From NCBI GenBank assembly GCA_038256975.1, contig JBBSJU010000001.1:59087-123086 (forward strand): 64,000 nt of DNA, in the 5' to 3' direction. This document shows positions 29,552 to 39,118 of this stretch, one piece after another; the stretch's first letter is position 1, and every line of letters begins with the position of its first letter. This stretch comes from Minisyncoccia bacterium (GTDB taxonomy: Bacteria > Patescibacteriota > Minisyncoccia > Phycocordibacterales > UBA5272). Made by a program: the position numbers and the translations under genes. A model generated the notes under the pieces. It saw nothing but the letters and a program-made list of their open reading frames with translations. It was not told where the DNA came from and ran no database searches.

Positions 29552-31327
29552 ATGTGTGGCATTATTGCAGGAAATACTAAACGCTCAGTCACGCCATTTT
29601 TAATACAAGGGCTTAAGCAGCTAGAGTATAGGGGGTACGATTCTTCTGGAGTGGGTGTTTTGCAAGAGGGAGTTTTTAAAAGAGAACGGAAAATTGGGAC
29701 AAAAAATATTGACGCTCTTAGCGCAGCTATTTCTCACGATACAGTATTTAATGATGCTCATGTTGGTATTGCACACACTCGGTGGGCAACTCACGGTGGA
29801 GTTTCAGTTGAGAATGCTCATCCGCACGCAGGACCTCAGAATAAAATCGTTCTCGTTCACAATGGCATTATCGAAAATTACCAAGAGCTTAAAAAATCTA
29901 TTGACGAAGGTAAACTTACTGGGCAAACAGACACAGAAGTACTGGCACACTATATTGAAAATGTGTGTGAGGATGAAGTGTCTTTGCAAAAAATATTAGA
30001 GAGGATAATTCCAAATATACGCGGAGAATGGAATAGTGTGGTGTTGCGTGACACAGGTGAGTGCGTTGCAATACGGAGAAGTGGGCAGGGTCTGGTGTGC
30101 GGGATAAGTGATGACGGCATTTTCGTTGCCTCCGATGAACAAGCACTTCCTGCATCTGTAGTAGAAGTCTATGAAATACCAAATGGTTCTATGGCTGAAA
30201 TTAAAGAGGGAGGGGTTACTTTTTTCGATAATGACGGTAAAGAATCTTTATATCCTGTGCGTCCACGCGTTGTATTTCCGGTTGAAATTTTAGATGGAGA
30301 AATGATGGGGCGAGAAATTCGCGGGCAAGATGAAACATTGAAAGCTCTTGTTTTAGGGCTTGGCAGTCAACAAGAGATTGTCGAGGATATTTTCGCACTT
30401 CTCCATCACAGAGATACAAAAGAAATTATTTTTACTGCCTGTGGGACAAGCTTTAATGCTGGACTTTGTGTTGCAAGAGAATGGGAGAAGGTATTTCAAA
30501 AACCTGTTCAAGTAATTATTGCAAGTGAAATAGAAAGCGTGATGCGTGATCTTTCTGGTGCTGTGCTCGTTGCGCTTTCACAATCTGGCTCGACGCAAGA
30601 TGTACTTGGCGCAATTGCATATGCAAGAAGACAAGGAGTACAGAAAGTTATTGCAATTACCAACAAGAGATATTCAGCAATAAAAGAAACAGCAGACTTT
30701 CTTTTTGATGTGTGCGCTGGTCCAGAGTTTGGTGTTGCGGCAAGCAAAACTTTTACGCACACTTTGATTGGCTTGCTTGCGCTCTCAAAGACAATTACTA
30801 AAGATGAAATTATCCAGAGTCTTTCTGATATCGCTGAAATAATTAAAAATGTTGACGCCTCGATGGTGTCTTGGGCAAAAGAATTAGTTTCTGCTCAAAC
30901 GATGCTTTATTTAGGCAAACATTCACTGTATCCTATTGCGGTTGAAGGTGCGTTAAAAATAAAAGAGATTAGCTATATTCACGCCGAGAGTTTTGCGGCA
31001 GGGGAGCTTAAACATGGACCTATTGCACTTGTAGAGCATGATATTCCTGTGATTCTTTTGGTTCGACATGATAGTGCCGAAGAGGCAGTGCTTGGTAGTT
31101 TGCGTGAAGTGGAAGCACGAGGAGCAAGGGTATACGTTGTATGTGAAGAAGGGGTGCCGTTGAATACTGTTCCAAGCGAAAGGATTCTAGTCTTACCAGC
31201 TTTAGGTGCACTTCATCAAATTACGTTTGTGATTCCTTTTCAACTTCTTGCGTATCATACCGCAAAGCAGAAAGGGCTTGATCCAGACAAGCCTCGTAAT
31301 TTAGCAAAATCAGTGACAGTCAAATAA
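29552..31327 (+). CDS. glmS: Glutamine-fructose-6-phosphate transaminase
   Basis: MCGI, LEYRGYDS, HTRWATHG, CGTS, SQSG, ELKHGP, PRNLAKSVTV. Confidence 0.93.
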   Translation: MCGIIAGNTKRSVTPFLIQGLKQLEYRGYDSSGVGVLQEGVFKRERKIGTKNIDALSAAISHDTVFNDAHVGIAHTRWATHGGVSVENAHPHAGPQNKIVLVHNGIIENYQELKKSIDEGKLTGQTDTEVLAHYIENVCEDEVSLQKILERIIPNIRGEWNSVVLRDTGECVAIRRSGQGLVCGISDDGIFVASDEQALPASVVEVYEIPNGSMAEIKEGGVTFFDNDGKESLYPVRPRVVFPVEILDGEMMGREIRGQDETLKALVLGLGSQQEIVEDIFALLHHRDTKEIIFTACGTSFNAGLCVAREWEKVFQKPVQVIIASEIESVMRDLSGAVLVALSQSGSTQDVLGAIAYARRQGVQKVIAITNKRYSAIKETADFLFDVCAGPEFGVAASKTFTHTLIGLLALSKTITKDEIIQSLSDIAEIIKNVDASMVSWAKELVSAQTMLYLGKHSLYPIAVEGALKIKEISYIHAESFAAGELKHGPIALVEHDIPVILLVRHDSAEEAVLGSLREVEARGARVYVVCEEGVPLNTVPSERILVLPALGALHQITFVIPFQLLAYHTAKQKGLDPDKPRNLAKSVTVK

Positions 31328-31337
31328 ATTTTTCATC

Positions 31338-32276
31338 ATGAGTAAGGTAGAGATATACAACATACTAATGCTTTTCGTCGCACTCGTTTTAGCATTTATT
31401 CTACCATTTGATTTATTTCTGTTTGCATATGCGGTTTTAGGGCCACTTCATTATCTTACTGAAATCAGGTGGCTCCATGATAAAAATTACTTCACGGCAG
31501 CAACTATCTCTCGGTTTATTTTTGTCACTTGTATGAGTATTGGGGTTGCGGCACTATTTTCTAGCACACTTGCGGTATCAAATTTTCTTCTCATAGCACT
31601 CTTTCTTCTCTCGCTTCTCCTTGTTTTTCCTAGAAGTATATACATATGGATGAGCGCACTTGGTCTTATAGGGGTATCACTTTTCTATCGTGCGGGTCCC
31701 ATCGTTGCACTTCTTGGTGTTTTAATACCCACACTAATTCATGTGTACTTTTTTACTCTTGTGTTTATGATTCAAGGTGCTCTAAAAAATAAACATAAGA
31801 TATATTGGATTGCTCCAATCCTTCACGTATCTTTTGGATTGTTATGTGTGTATGGTTCCTTCGGTGGATATTTTGCAAGTAGCGTGTACGCACAAAATGT
31901 TTTCTTTAATCAAGACTTTGGTTTTTCTGAAACATTTGTTCAGATTGGAGGTAGTTTTTTTGGTGGTTTGCATAATGTGCGACAGTTGTTTTCTTCTCCA
32001 GAAGGGTTGGCTATAAGTCGACTGTTTGCCTTTGCGTACACGTACCATTACTTGAATTGGTTTATAAAAACACGAGTTATTGGATGGGGAAATATACCTA
32101 AAAAAACGTTCATAATTATTCTCTTATTATGGTTCTCAGCACTGTTTGTGTATACCCATGATTACATCACAGGTATGGCAGTTCTTGCTTTTCTGAGCGT
32201 TTTACATGTTGTCTTAGAGTTTCCTCTGAATATACGGGCTGTGCGGAGTTTTTTCCCAAACTCAACAAAAATATAG
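31338..32276 (+). CDS. Multi-TM hypothetical membrane protein with His motifs
   Basis: LGPLHYLTEI.WLH, IHVY, YTYHYLNWF, LHVVLEFP. Confidence 0.65.
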   Translation: MSKVEIYNILMLFVALVLAFILPFDLFLFAYAVLGPLHYLTEIRWLHDKNYFTAATISRFIFVTCMSIGVAALFSSTLAVSNFLLIALFLLSLLLVFPRSIYIWMSALGLIGVSLFYRAGPIVALLGVLIPTLIHVYFFTLVFMIQGALKNKHKIYWIAPILHVSFGLLCVYGSFGGYFASSVYAQNVFFNQDFGFSETFVQIGGSFFGGLHNVRQLFSSPEGLAISRLFAFAYTYHYLNWFIKTRVIGWGNIPKKTFIIILLLWFSALFVYTHDYITGMAVLAFLSVLHVVLEFPLNIRAVRSFFPNSTKI

Positions 32277-32318
32277 TTTAGTTTTGGCACTTAGGGCAAT
32301 CTGATATACTCCCTATAT

Positions 32319-32951
32319 ATGGAAATTTTAGGGAAACTATTTGGAAGTGTGTTGCGAGTAAAGCTCTTGCGCACATTTCTTTTCAACCCAGGCGTCGCAT
32401 ACGATGGGGCTACGCTTGCAAAACGAACGCAATCAAAACTTGCTGATGTAAAAAAAGAATTGGGTCTTTTAATGAAGATTGCTTTTGTAAAAGAAAAGAT
32501 ATACGTCAAAGAGTTTGAGAAAAAAGTAAAACGTGGCAAAAAGACCGTGAGTGAGTATGCAAAAAAGAAAGTTGTTGGATTCACTATCAATCCAAACTTT
32601 GAATACGCAGAAACGCTCAAGAAAGTTTTACTTGATTTTCAATTTCTCGATCGCAACGCTATTGCTGATAGGTTTAAGAGAGTTGGCCGTGTGAAGTTTT
32701 TTGCCGTTGCGGGAGTGTTTCTTAATAATGTAGAAAGTCGTGTTGATATTTTGATAGTGGGGGATAGTCTTAATAGAGCACTTGTCGAAACTGAAGTACG
32801 TAAACTTGAGGCTGAAATTGGAAAAGATTTAACATACGCTCTTTTTGAGACACAAGATTTCCTCTACCGCGTGCAGATGTATGACAAATTTGTGCGTGAT
32901 ATTTTGGATTTCGAACACGTGCGCCTGATTGAAAAGATGATAGTTCGGTAA
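32319..32951 (+). CDS. Winged-HTH plus nucleotidyltransferase-like protein
   Basis: L..LFGS..RVKLL..F..NP N-terminus; G.F......VDILIVG C-terminal domain. Confidence 0.6.
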   Translation: MEILGKLFGSVLRVKLLRTFLFNPGVAYDGATLAKRTQSKLADVKKELGLLMKIAFVKEKIYVKEFEKKVKRGKKTVSEYAKKKVVGFTINPNFEYAETLKKVLLDFQFLDRNAIADRFKRVGRVKFFAVAGVFLNNVESRVDILIVGDSLNRALVETEVRKLEAEIGKDLTYALFETQDFLYRVQMYDKFVRDILDFEHVRLIEKMIVR

Positions 32952-33052
32952 GAGTTAAAAACTGGGGATGGGGGACCATATTTATAGTGTACAAAAGGTA
33001 TACTGTATGTAAGCCTGAATAAGGCATATGCATATTCTTTATTAAACATTTT

Positions 33053-33742
33053 ATGAATTCACAATCAGAGTTTATTTTCGCACTCAAAGACTCTTTCTAT
33101 GGTGTGCTTGAGAACGTTCTTATCTACGCTCCAAATGTTATTGTAGCGTTAGTTCTCTTTATTGTCGGTTGGTTCTTAGCTTCATGGATTGGTAAGGTGG
33201 TGGCAGCGCTTATTGGTTCTCTTAAGCTTGATGATGCGCTTGGTGCAACAGGGCTTCGTGAGTTAGCAAGTCGTGCTGGATTTGGATTGAACATCGGACA
33301 CGTACTTGGCGTATTTGTGAAATGGATGCTTATCATTATTGTGGCAACTGTTGCCTTCGATATGGTAGGGCTTTCGCAGATTAACGAGTCTCTTGCTCAA
33401 ATCTTGAGTTATATTCCAAACGTTATTGTAGCGGCAGTAGTTCTTATGATTACTGCGCTCGTTGCAGAATTTGTTGAAAAACTATCAACGGGTGGAGCTA
33501 AGGCGGCTGGAGTAAAGAAAGCAGGGGTTTTTGGAGTAGTAGCTCGCTGGTTTGTATGGATTGTTGGTATTACAACAGCCCTCGCACAACTTCAGGTTGC
33601 TGATGTCCTCGTGAGTCTTTTCCAAAGTCTTCTTACGGGTGTTGTAGCGGCAGTCGCTATTGCATTAGGTATTTCATTTGGTCTTGGCGGAAAGGAGGCT
33701 GCAGCTCGATATATTTCTCGGGTAGAGAAGGATATTGAATAG
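33053..33742 (+). CDS. Conserved TM-helix repeat (MscS-associated) membrane protein
   Basis: Two Y.PNVIVA repeats; A.GISFGLGGKE.A. Confidence 0.75.
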   Translation: MNSQSEFIFALKDSFYGVLENVLIYAPNVIVALVLFIVGWFLASWIGKVVAALIGSLKLDDALGATGLRELASRAGFGLNIGHVLGVFVKWMLIIIVATVAFDMVGLSQINESLAQILSYIPNVIVAAVVLMITALVAEFVEKLSTGGAKAAGVKKAGVFGVVARWFVWIVGITTALAQLQVADVLVSLFQSLLTGVVAAVAIALGISFGLGGKEAAARYISRVEKDIE

Positions 33743-33757
33743 AGCTTTACTTTTAAG

Positions 33758-33790
33758 ACAAAAGAGGCCCCTAAAAGGGTCTTTTTTGTT
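33758..33790 (+). terminator. Intrinsic terminator
   Basis: AAAAGAGGCCC-CTAAAA-GGGTCTTTTTT. Confidence 0.65.
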
Positions 33791-33850
33791 TGCTTTTTGA
33801 GCAGAAAAGGGCTTAAAAAGGAGACTCTTCTTTTGGGTGTATAAATCCTA

Positions 33851-33878
33851 TTGACATCTATTTTTGCTCGTGTATACT
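33851..33878 (+). promoter_or_regulatory. Sigma70-type promoter of the 23S-5S transcript
   Basis: TTGACA-16-TATACT about 310 nt upstream of the 23S gene. Confidence 0.75.
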
Positions 33879-34673
33879 AGGCTCTATCACTCAAAAATGT
33901 TAAAAGAAAAACCAAACCAACCAAGCGCCTAACGATTCAAGTCTCTTGAGTTGTACCGCTTGCAAGAGCGGTTTTTCTTTTACTAAAAAAGTGGTGCGTT
34001 GTTTGACAATTCAATTCTGTTCCTCGGGTATTTATCCCAAAACAATTTGGGGTCTTTTCTCCCGAGGAAACAGGTTCATAAAAACAAAGTAAGAAGCATT
34101 ACAGATGAAAAAATAAAAGGTACATCTGTAATGAACATGTATACGTCTTGAGTGGTCAAGACAAGTACATTTGGTTTTTACATTTCCTAATAGGAATGTA
34201 TGGGCGTACGGTGGATGCCTTGGTTCTGACGAGCGATGAAGGACGTAGTCTGGCTGCGATAAGTTTCGGGGAGGTGCCAAACAACCTTTGATCCGGAAAT
34301 TTCCGAATGAGGAAACTCCATGTGAGTAATGTCATGTGATCCCGCAAGGGAAGCGAACCCGATGAAGTGAAACATCTCAGTAATCGGAGGAAAATAAACT
34401 AAACAAGTATTTCGTAAGTAGCGGCGAGCGAAAGCGAAGAAGCCCAAACCGTTTGTAGCAATACAGGCGGGGTTGTAGGGCAGAGATGTCAATTATGAGG
34501 AGAGTTACAAAACGTGTGTTTAAAAGAAGTGCCTGGAACGGCACGCCATAGATGGTGATAGCCCAGTATTTGAAAAACACATGTCTCTCTAGTCTCTGTT
34601 CCTGAGTAATTCTAGACACGAATAGCTAGGATGAATCCACCAGCACTAACTGGTAAGGCTAAATATTGTCAGA

Positions 34674-34715
<42 letters not shown>

Positions 34716-35406
34716 GTCCGAAAGGACAGTGAAATAGACCTGAACCCGTATGCCTACAAGGAGTCAGAGCGGATATTTATATCCGTCATGGCGTGCCTAT
34801 TGAAGAATGAGCCAACGAGTTTTTATGTGCAGCTGGCTAAGGAAGAGAAACTTCTGGAGCCACAGGGAAACCGAGTGTTAATAGCGCGAAATTATAGTTG
34901 CACATAAAAGACCCGAAGCCAGAAGAGCTTACCATGAGCAGGGTGAAGTATTTCGAAAGAAGTATGGAGGCCCGAACCCGTAGATCGTTCAACTTCTTGG
35001 GATGACTTGTGGTAAGGAGTGAAAAGCTAATCGATTCTGGTAATAGCTGGTTCTCTCCGAAATAGTTTTAGGACTAGCGTCGCGTGTTCCTCTGAGGGGT
35101 AGAGCACTGGAAGGGTTCAACAGGGAGCAATCTCGTGAACCCTATCAAACTCCGAATACTCAGTAGTCAAGAACGCGGCAGTAAGACCGTGGGGGCGAAG
35201 CTTCACAGGTCAAAAGGGAAACAGCCCTGATCTCCAGTTAAGGTCCCAAAGTATATGCTAAGTGCAAAGTGAGGAGGTGAAATTTCGTAGACAATGAGGA
35301 TGTTGGCTTAGAAGCAGCCATCATTGAAAGATAGCGTAACAGCTCACTCATCGAGAGATTTTGCGCCACAGATAATCGGGGCTCAAGCATATCACCGAAA
35401 CTGAGG

Positions 35407-35549
35407 GCTTGTAGATTTCATACAGGATTTTGTGTGACATAGTGTTAGTGGATAGCACGTCACAAAATAGTGGAGGCTTCCGTTCGATTCGGAACTCACA
35501 CAAATTCTGTCACAACTGCATAGTTGTGTCCTGTATGAAATCTATAAGC
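35407..35549 (+). other. 23S helix-45-region insertion (IVS) containing a tRNA-like fold
   Basis: 21-bp stem 35407-35427/35529-35549 between CACCGAAACTG and GGTAGGAGAG. Confidence 0.8.
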
Positions 35550-35956
35550 GGTAGGAGAGTGTTCCGCTCTGCGTTGAAGTAGAAGGGGTGACCCACTATG
35601 GAGCGTGCGGAAGTACAAATGTTGGCACAAGTAACCACAATGTGGGTGAGATCCCCACACGTCGAAAGAACAAGGTTTTCTTCGCCATGATAATCATCGA
35701 AGAGTTAGTCGGCCCTAAGGGAATGGCTCGCGCCGGACCCGATGGACAAAAGGTTAATATTCCTTTACTTCTTTATACAGCGATGGGAGGACGAAGGGCA
35801 GTAACATACGCATATCAATGGATTTGTGTTTGTATTGTGAGGGAGCATTCTAGGTAAATCCGGGTGCTGATTTAAATATCGATTCCAAGCAATGCATAAA
35901 CCGGCGGGGCAACCCAAAGGAATGTATGTGAGCGCGCTTCCAAGAAAAGTCTCTAG

Positions 35957-36022
35957 CTTCAACGATAATACCGTTGAAATCTCTTCTTTTTTCGCTCTTT
36001 ATTGAGTGAAATGAGAAGGGAA
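35957..36022 (+). other. 23S expansion (two extra hairpins) near E. coli position about 1585
   Basis: Extra TTCAACG/CGTTGAA hairpin and pyrimidine/purine hairpin between CCAAGAAAAGTCTCTAG and CCGTACCGCAAACC. Confidence 0.65.
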
Positions 36023-36305
36023 ATATGTATAGTGAAACCGTACCGCAAACCGACACAGGTGTTCAGGTCGAGTAGACCAAGACGAACGAGTGATTGATCC
36101 CCAAGGAACTCGGCAAAAAAGCAGCCGTAAGTTAGCAATAAGGCTTGCCCGTAGCAATACGGGCCGCAGCGAAAGTTTCCCTGGCAACTGTTTACCAAAA
36201 ACACAGCTCCCTGCGAACTCGTAAGAGTATGTATAGGGGGTGACACCTGACCAATGCCAGAAGGTCAAATATCGGTGGTCGCAAGGCTGACTGATATAAG
36301 CCCTG

Positions 36306-36346
<41 letters not shown>

Positions 36347-37004
36347 GTTCCTTGTCTGGTAAGTTCAGACGCGCACGAATGGTGTAATGACTGGGGAACT
36401 GTCTCGGGGATTAGCTCGGTGAAAATACAATACCGGTGAAGATGCCGGTTACCTGCAGTTAGACGAAAAGACCCCAGGAGCTTTACTGCAACTTGATATT
36501 GAAAATACGTTTGTGATGCGTAGCATAGGTGGGAGAGGTTGAAGTCACGGTCTCGGCTGTGATGGACTCGAAATATGAAATACCACTCTTCAAACGGGTA
36601 TGCACTAACGTGTTTAAGAAAATTTTACGCAGACAGTATCTGGCGGGTAGTTTTACTGGGGCGGTACCCTCCTAAAGGGTAACGGAGGGGTTTATTAAGG
36701 TCAGTTAGGTGTGAATGGAAACCATACCGATAGTGTAAGGGCATAAACTGGCTTTACTGTAAGACGGGCATGTCAAGCAGTTGCGAAAGCAGAACCTAGT
36801 GAACCGATGGTTCGCATTAGACGCGACCGAAGATTAACGGATAGAAGCTACTCTGGGGATAACAGGCTAGTTCCGCCTAAGAGTTCATATCGACGGCGGA
36901 GTTCGGCACCTCGATGTCGGCTCATCTTATCCTGGTGGTGAAGAAGCTACCAAGGGTATGGCTGTTCGCCATTTAAAAAGATACGCGAGCTGGGTTCAAA
37001 CCGT

Positions 37005-37318
37005 AGAGGAGGTAATTGCAAAGACGTTCCAAGTTTTTGTAATTGGCTTCTCTTAGTTTGAACCCGAGGGTTAAGACTAAACTTAACAAAAAGACATCAA
37101 TCACGGCGGTGTGTTGTAGTGATACAACATGACAAGTCAACTAATATCGGGAAAATCCTATTCGTAGGACAATTCCGAGGGAACTTTATGCAAATAAAGA
37201 CCCGTAGAGACTATACGTTGGCACACTTACATAAAAAATAAGTGCAAGCTCTAGTCCGATCCCTTCAGTAATGAAGGTTCTTGCAACCGAGACCACGGCA
37301 AGATATAAAACTGAAATG
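37005..37318 (+). mobile_element. Group I intron in 23S rRNA at position 2593, no ORF
   Basis: Interrupts AACCGT|CGTGAGACAG; exon ends in T and intron ends in G; IGS TCACGGCGGT (37101-37110); P7 halves GAGACTA and TAGTCC. Confidence 0.92.
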
Positions 37319-37369
37319 CGTGAGACAGGTTGGTCTCCTATCTACTGCAGGCGTTGATATTTGAGGATA

Positions 37370-37401
<32 letters not shown>

Positions 37402-37923
37402 GAACCTCTGGTGTAAGGGCTCTGGCGCCAGCCGGACCGCCCTGTAGCTATGTTCGGAACGGATAACTTCTGAAAGCATCTAAGAAGGAAGCCGCATCCA
37501 AGATAAGATATCGTTATTAGGGTCGTAAGAGATGATTACGTTGATAGGCTTTAGGTGTAAGTGCAGTAATGCATTCAGCCGAGAAGTACTAATTACCCGA
37601 ATTCCTATTAGGAAATGTGAAAACCAATGTCAGATAAATTGTTTTAAATGAAAAGAAGGGAGGGTCCGCCCTCCACACAAGGTGTATGTGCAGACTTTGT
37701 GTGGAGGGCGGAAGAAGCGAAGGTTTTACTGTTTGCTTGTCGATGTCCGTATTCCTAGGCTTCTATGCCGCGAGGAAAAGGTCTTCTGATGACAACCATT
37801 GTCAGTAAAAACGAGCATGCCTCCTTCAGGGACTGGTGTTCCGTACGAGACTCCGCCATGTGCGTATGTCTCTCGGTCGGGTGTAAGCTCAACACCAGTC
37901 ACCCCCTTCTTTGTTCTTTGTGT

Positions 37924-37999
37924 GGGGCCGTAGCTCAGTTGCGAGAGCGTCCGCATCGCATGCGGAAGGTCATGGGTTCAATCCCCATCGGCTCCACCA
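37924..37999 (+). tRNA. tRNA-Ala(CGC)
   Basis: Cloverleaf with G3:U70, anticodon arm TCCGC-ATCGCAT-GCGGA, encoded CCA. Confidence 0.9.
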
Positions 38000-38023
38000 C
38001 CCAAATCTTGATTTTATGAATAG

Positions 38024-38099
38024 GGAGACGTAGCTCAACACTTAGAGCGCATGTGGCGTTCCCACGTGAGGGTTGAGGGTGAAAATCCCTTCGTCTCCT
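38024..38099 (+). ncRNA. tRNA-like element or pseudo-tRNA
   Basis: Perfect acceptor GGAGACG/CGTCTCC and D-stem GCTC/GAGC, but no GG in the D-loop, T-loop TGAAAAT, abnormal anticodon loop and no CCA. Confidence 0.6.
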
Positions 38100-38145
38100 T
38101 CATATAGTACAGTCAAGTACTTTTCTTTGAGTGTATGTTGAATGT

Positions 38146-38262
38146 TCTGTCTTGGTGGTTTGTCACGGTGGAAACACCTCTTCCCATTCCGAACAGAGTC
38201 GTTAAGCACCGCTGAACCGATGATAGTCCTTCGGGGCAAAAGTAGGTTGCTGCCAAGACAGA
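38146..38262 (+). rRNA. rrf: 5S rRNA
   Basis: CACCTCTTCCCATTCCGAACAG, AGTAGGT; terminal stem TCTGTCTTGG/CCAAGACAGA extended by a long processing stem. Confidence 0.93.
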
Positions 38263-38347
38263 GTATTCAACGATGTGCGCTTAAAGAAAAGTACTTATAC
38301 GAAAAATCCAAAGGTAACTCTTTGGATTTTTTGGTATACTCTCATAT

Positions 38348-39115
38348 ATGTCATGGACTCGCGAACGAAAAACATTCATTACTTTTATTGTCGCGCTTTT
38401 CTTTCTTGTTGTGGGAACTTTTATTGCACTTCCTTTTATTATCAAAGATTCTACATGTACCGATGGTGTTAAAAATGGTACAGAAACAGGTGTTGATTGC
38501 GGCGGCTCATGTGGACAGGTGTGTGCAAGTGACATCATTCCTCTTCAAATTCTTTGGGAGCGTTCGGTGCAGGTTGATGAAAAAACATACGACGCTGTTG
38601 CATATTTGGTGAATAAAAATAACACTGCAATACCAACATTCGTATCTTTTAAAGTAACGCTTTCAGATCGAAACGGGTCAACTATCACAACGCAAGAAGG
38701 ACTAACGTTTATCTTACCAGGCGCTGCCACACCGCTCTATGTTCCAAATATTTCAGTTGGCACGCGTGTTCCTGTTCGGACACGGTTTGAAATTGTAGAG
38801 ACAGGTCCTTTTTATAGTTATTCAAATCAGGAACTTTTGAAAAATGTTCAAGTTGTTGATCAGGTATTCGATAATGTAACTAATACACCACGTCTAACTC
38901 TTACCGTGGGAAACAAACTTTTCAATACAGTACGAGATATTGATGTGTATGTTCTTTTGTATGATAGCGAGGATACGGTGATTGCGGTAAATAAAACCTA
39001 CATTGAAGCAATCAGAGGGCAGTCACAAGAAAAAGCATATTTTTCATGGCGGGCGCCATTTTCAAGTCCGGCGCGGTTTGAGTTTATTCTCGTACGAAAT
39101 CCTTTTGCGCAATAA
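38348..39115 (+). CDS. Membrane-anchored protein with Cys-rich CxDGxxNxxETGVDCGGxC motif
   Basis: N-terminal TM, Cys motif, two beta-rich domains. Confidence 0.7.
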   Translation: MSWTRERKTFITFIVALFFLVVGTFIALPFIIKDSTCTDGVKNGTETGVDCGGSCGQVCASDIIPLQILWERSVQVDEKTYDAVAYLVNKNNTAIPTFVSFKVTLSDRNGSTITTQEGLTFILPGAATPLYVPNISVGTRVPVRTRFEIVETGPFYSYSNQELLKNVQVVDQVFDNVTNTPRLTLTVGNKLFNTVRDIDVYVLLYDSEDTVIAVNKTYIEAIRGQSQEKAYFSWRAPFSSPARFEFILVRNPFAQ

Positions 39116-39118
39116 AGT

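Noticed and set aside
37785-37812. Hammerhead ribozyme core (CTGATGA)
   Set aside because: No GAAA follows the putative stem II, and stems I and III cannot be formed
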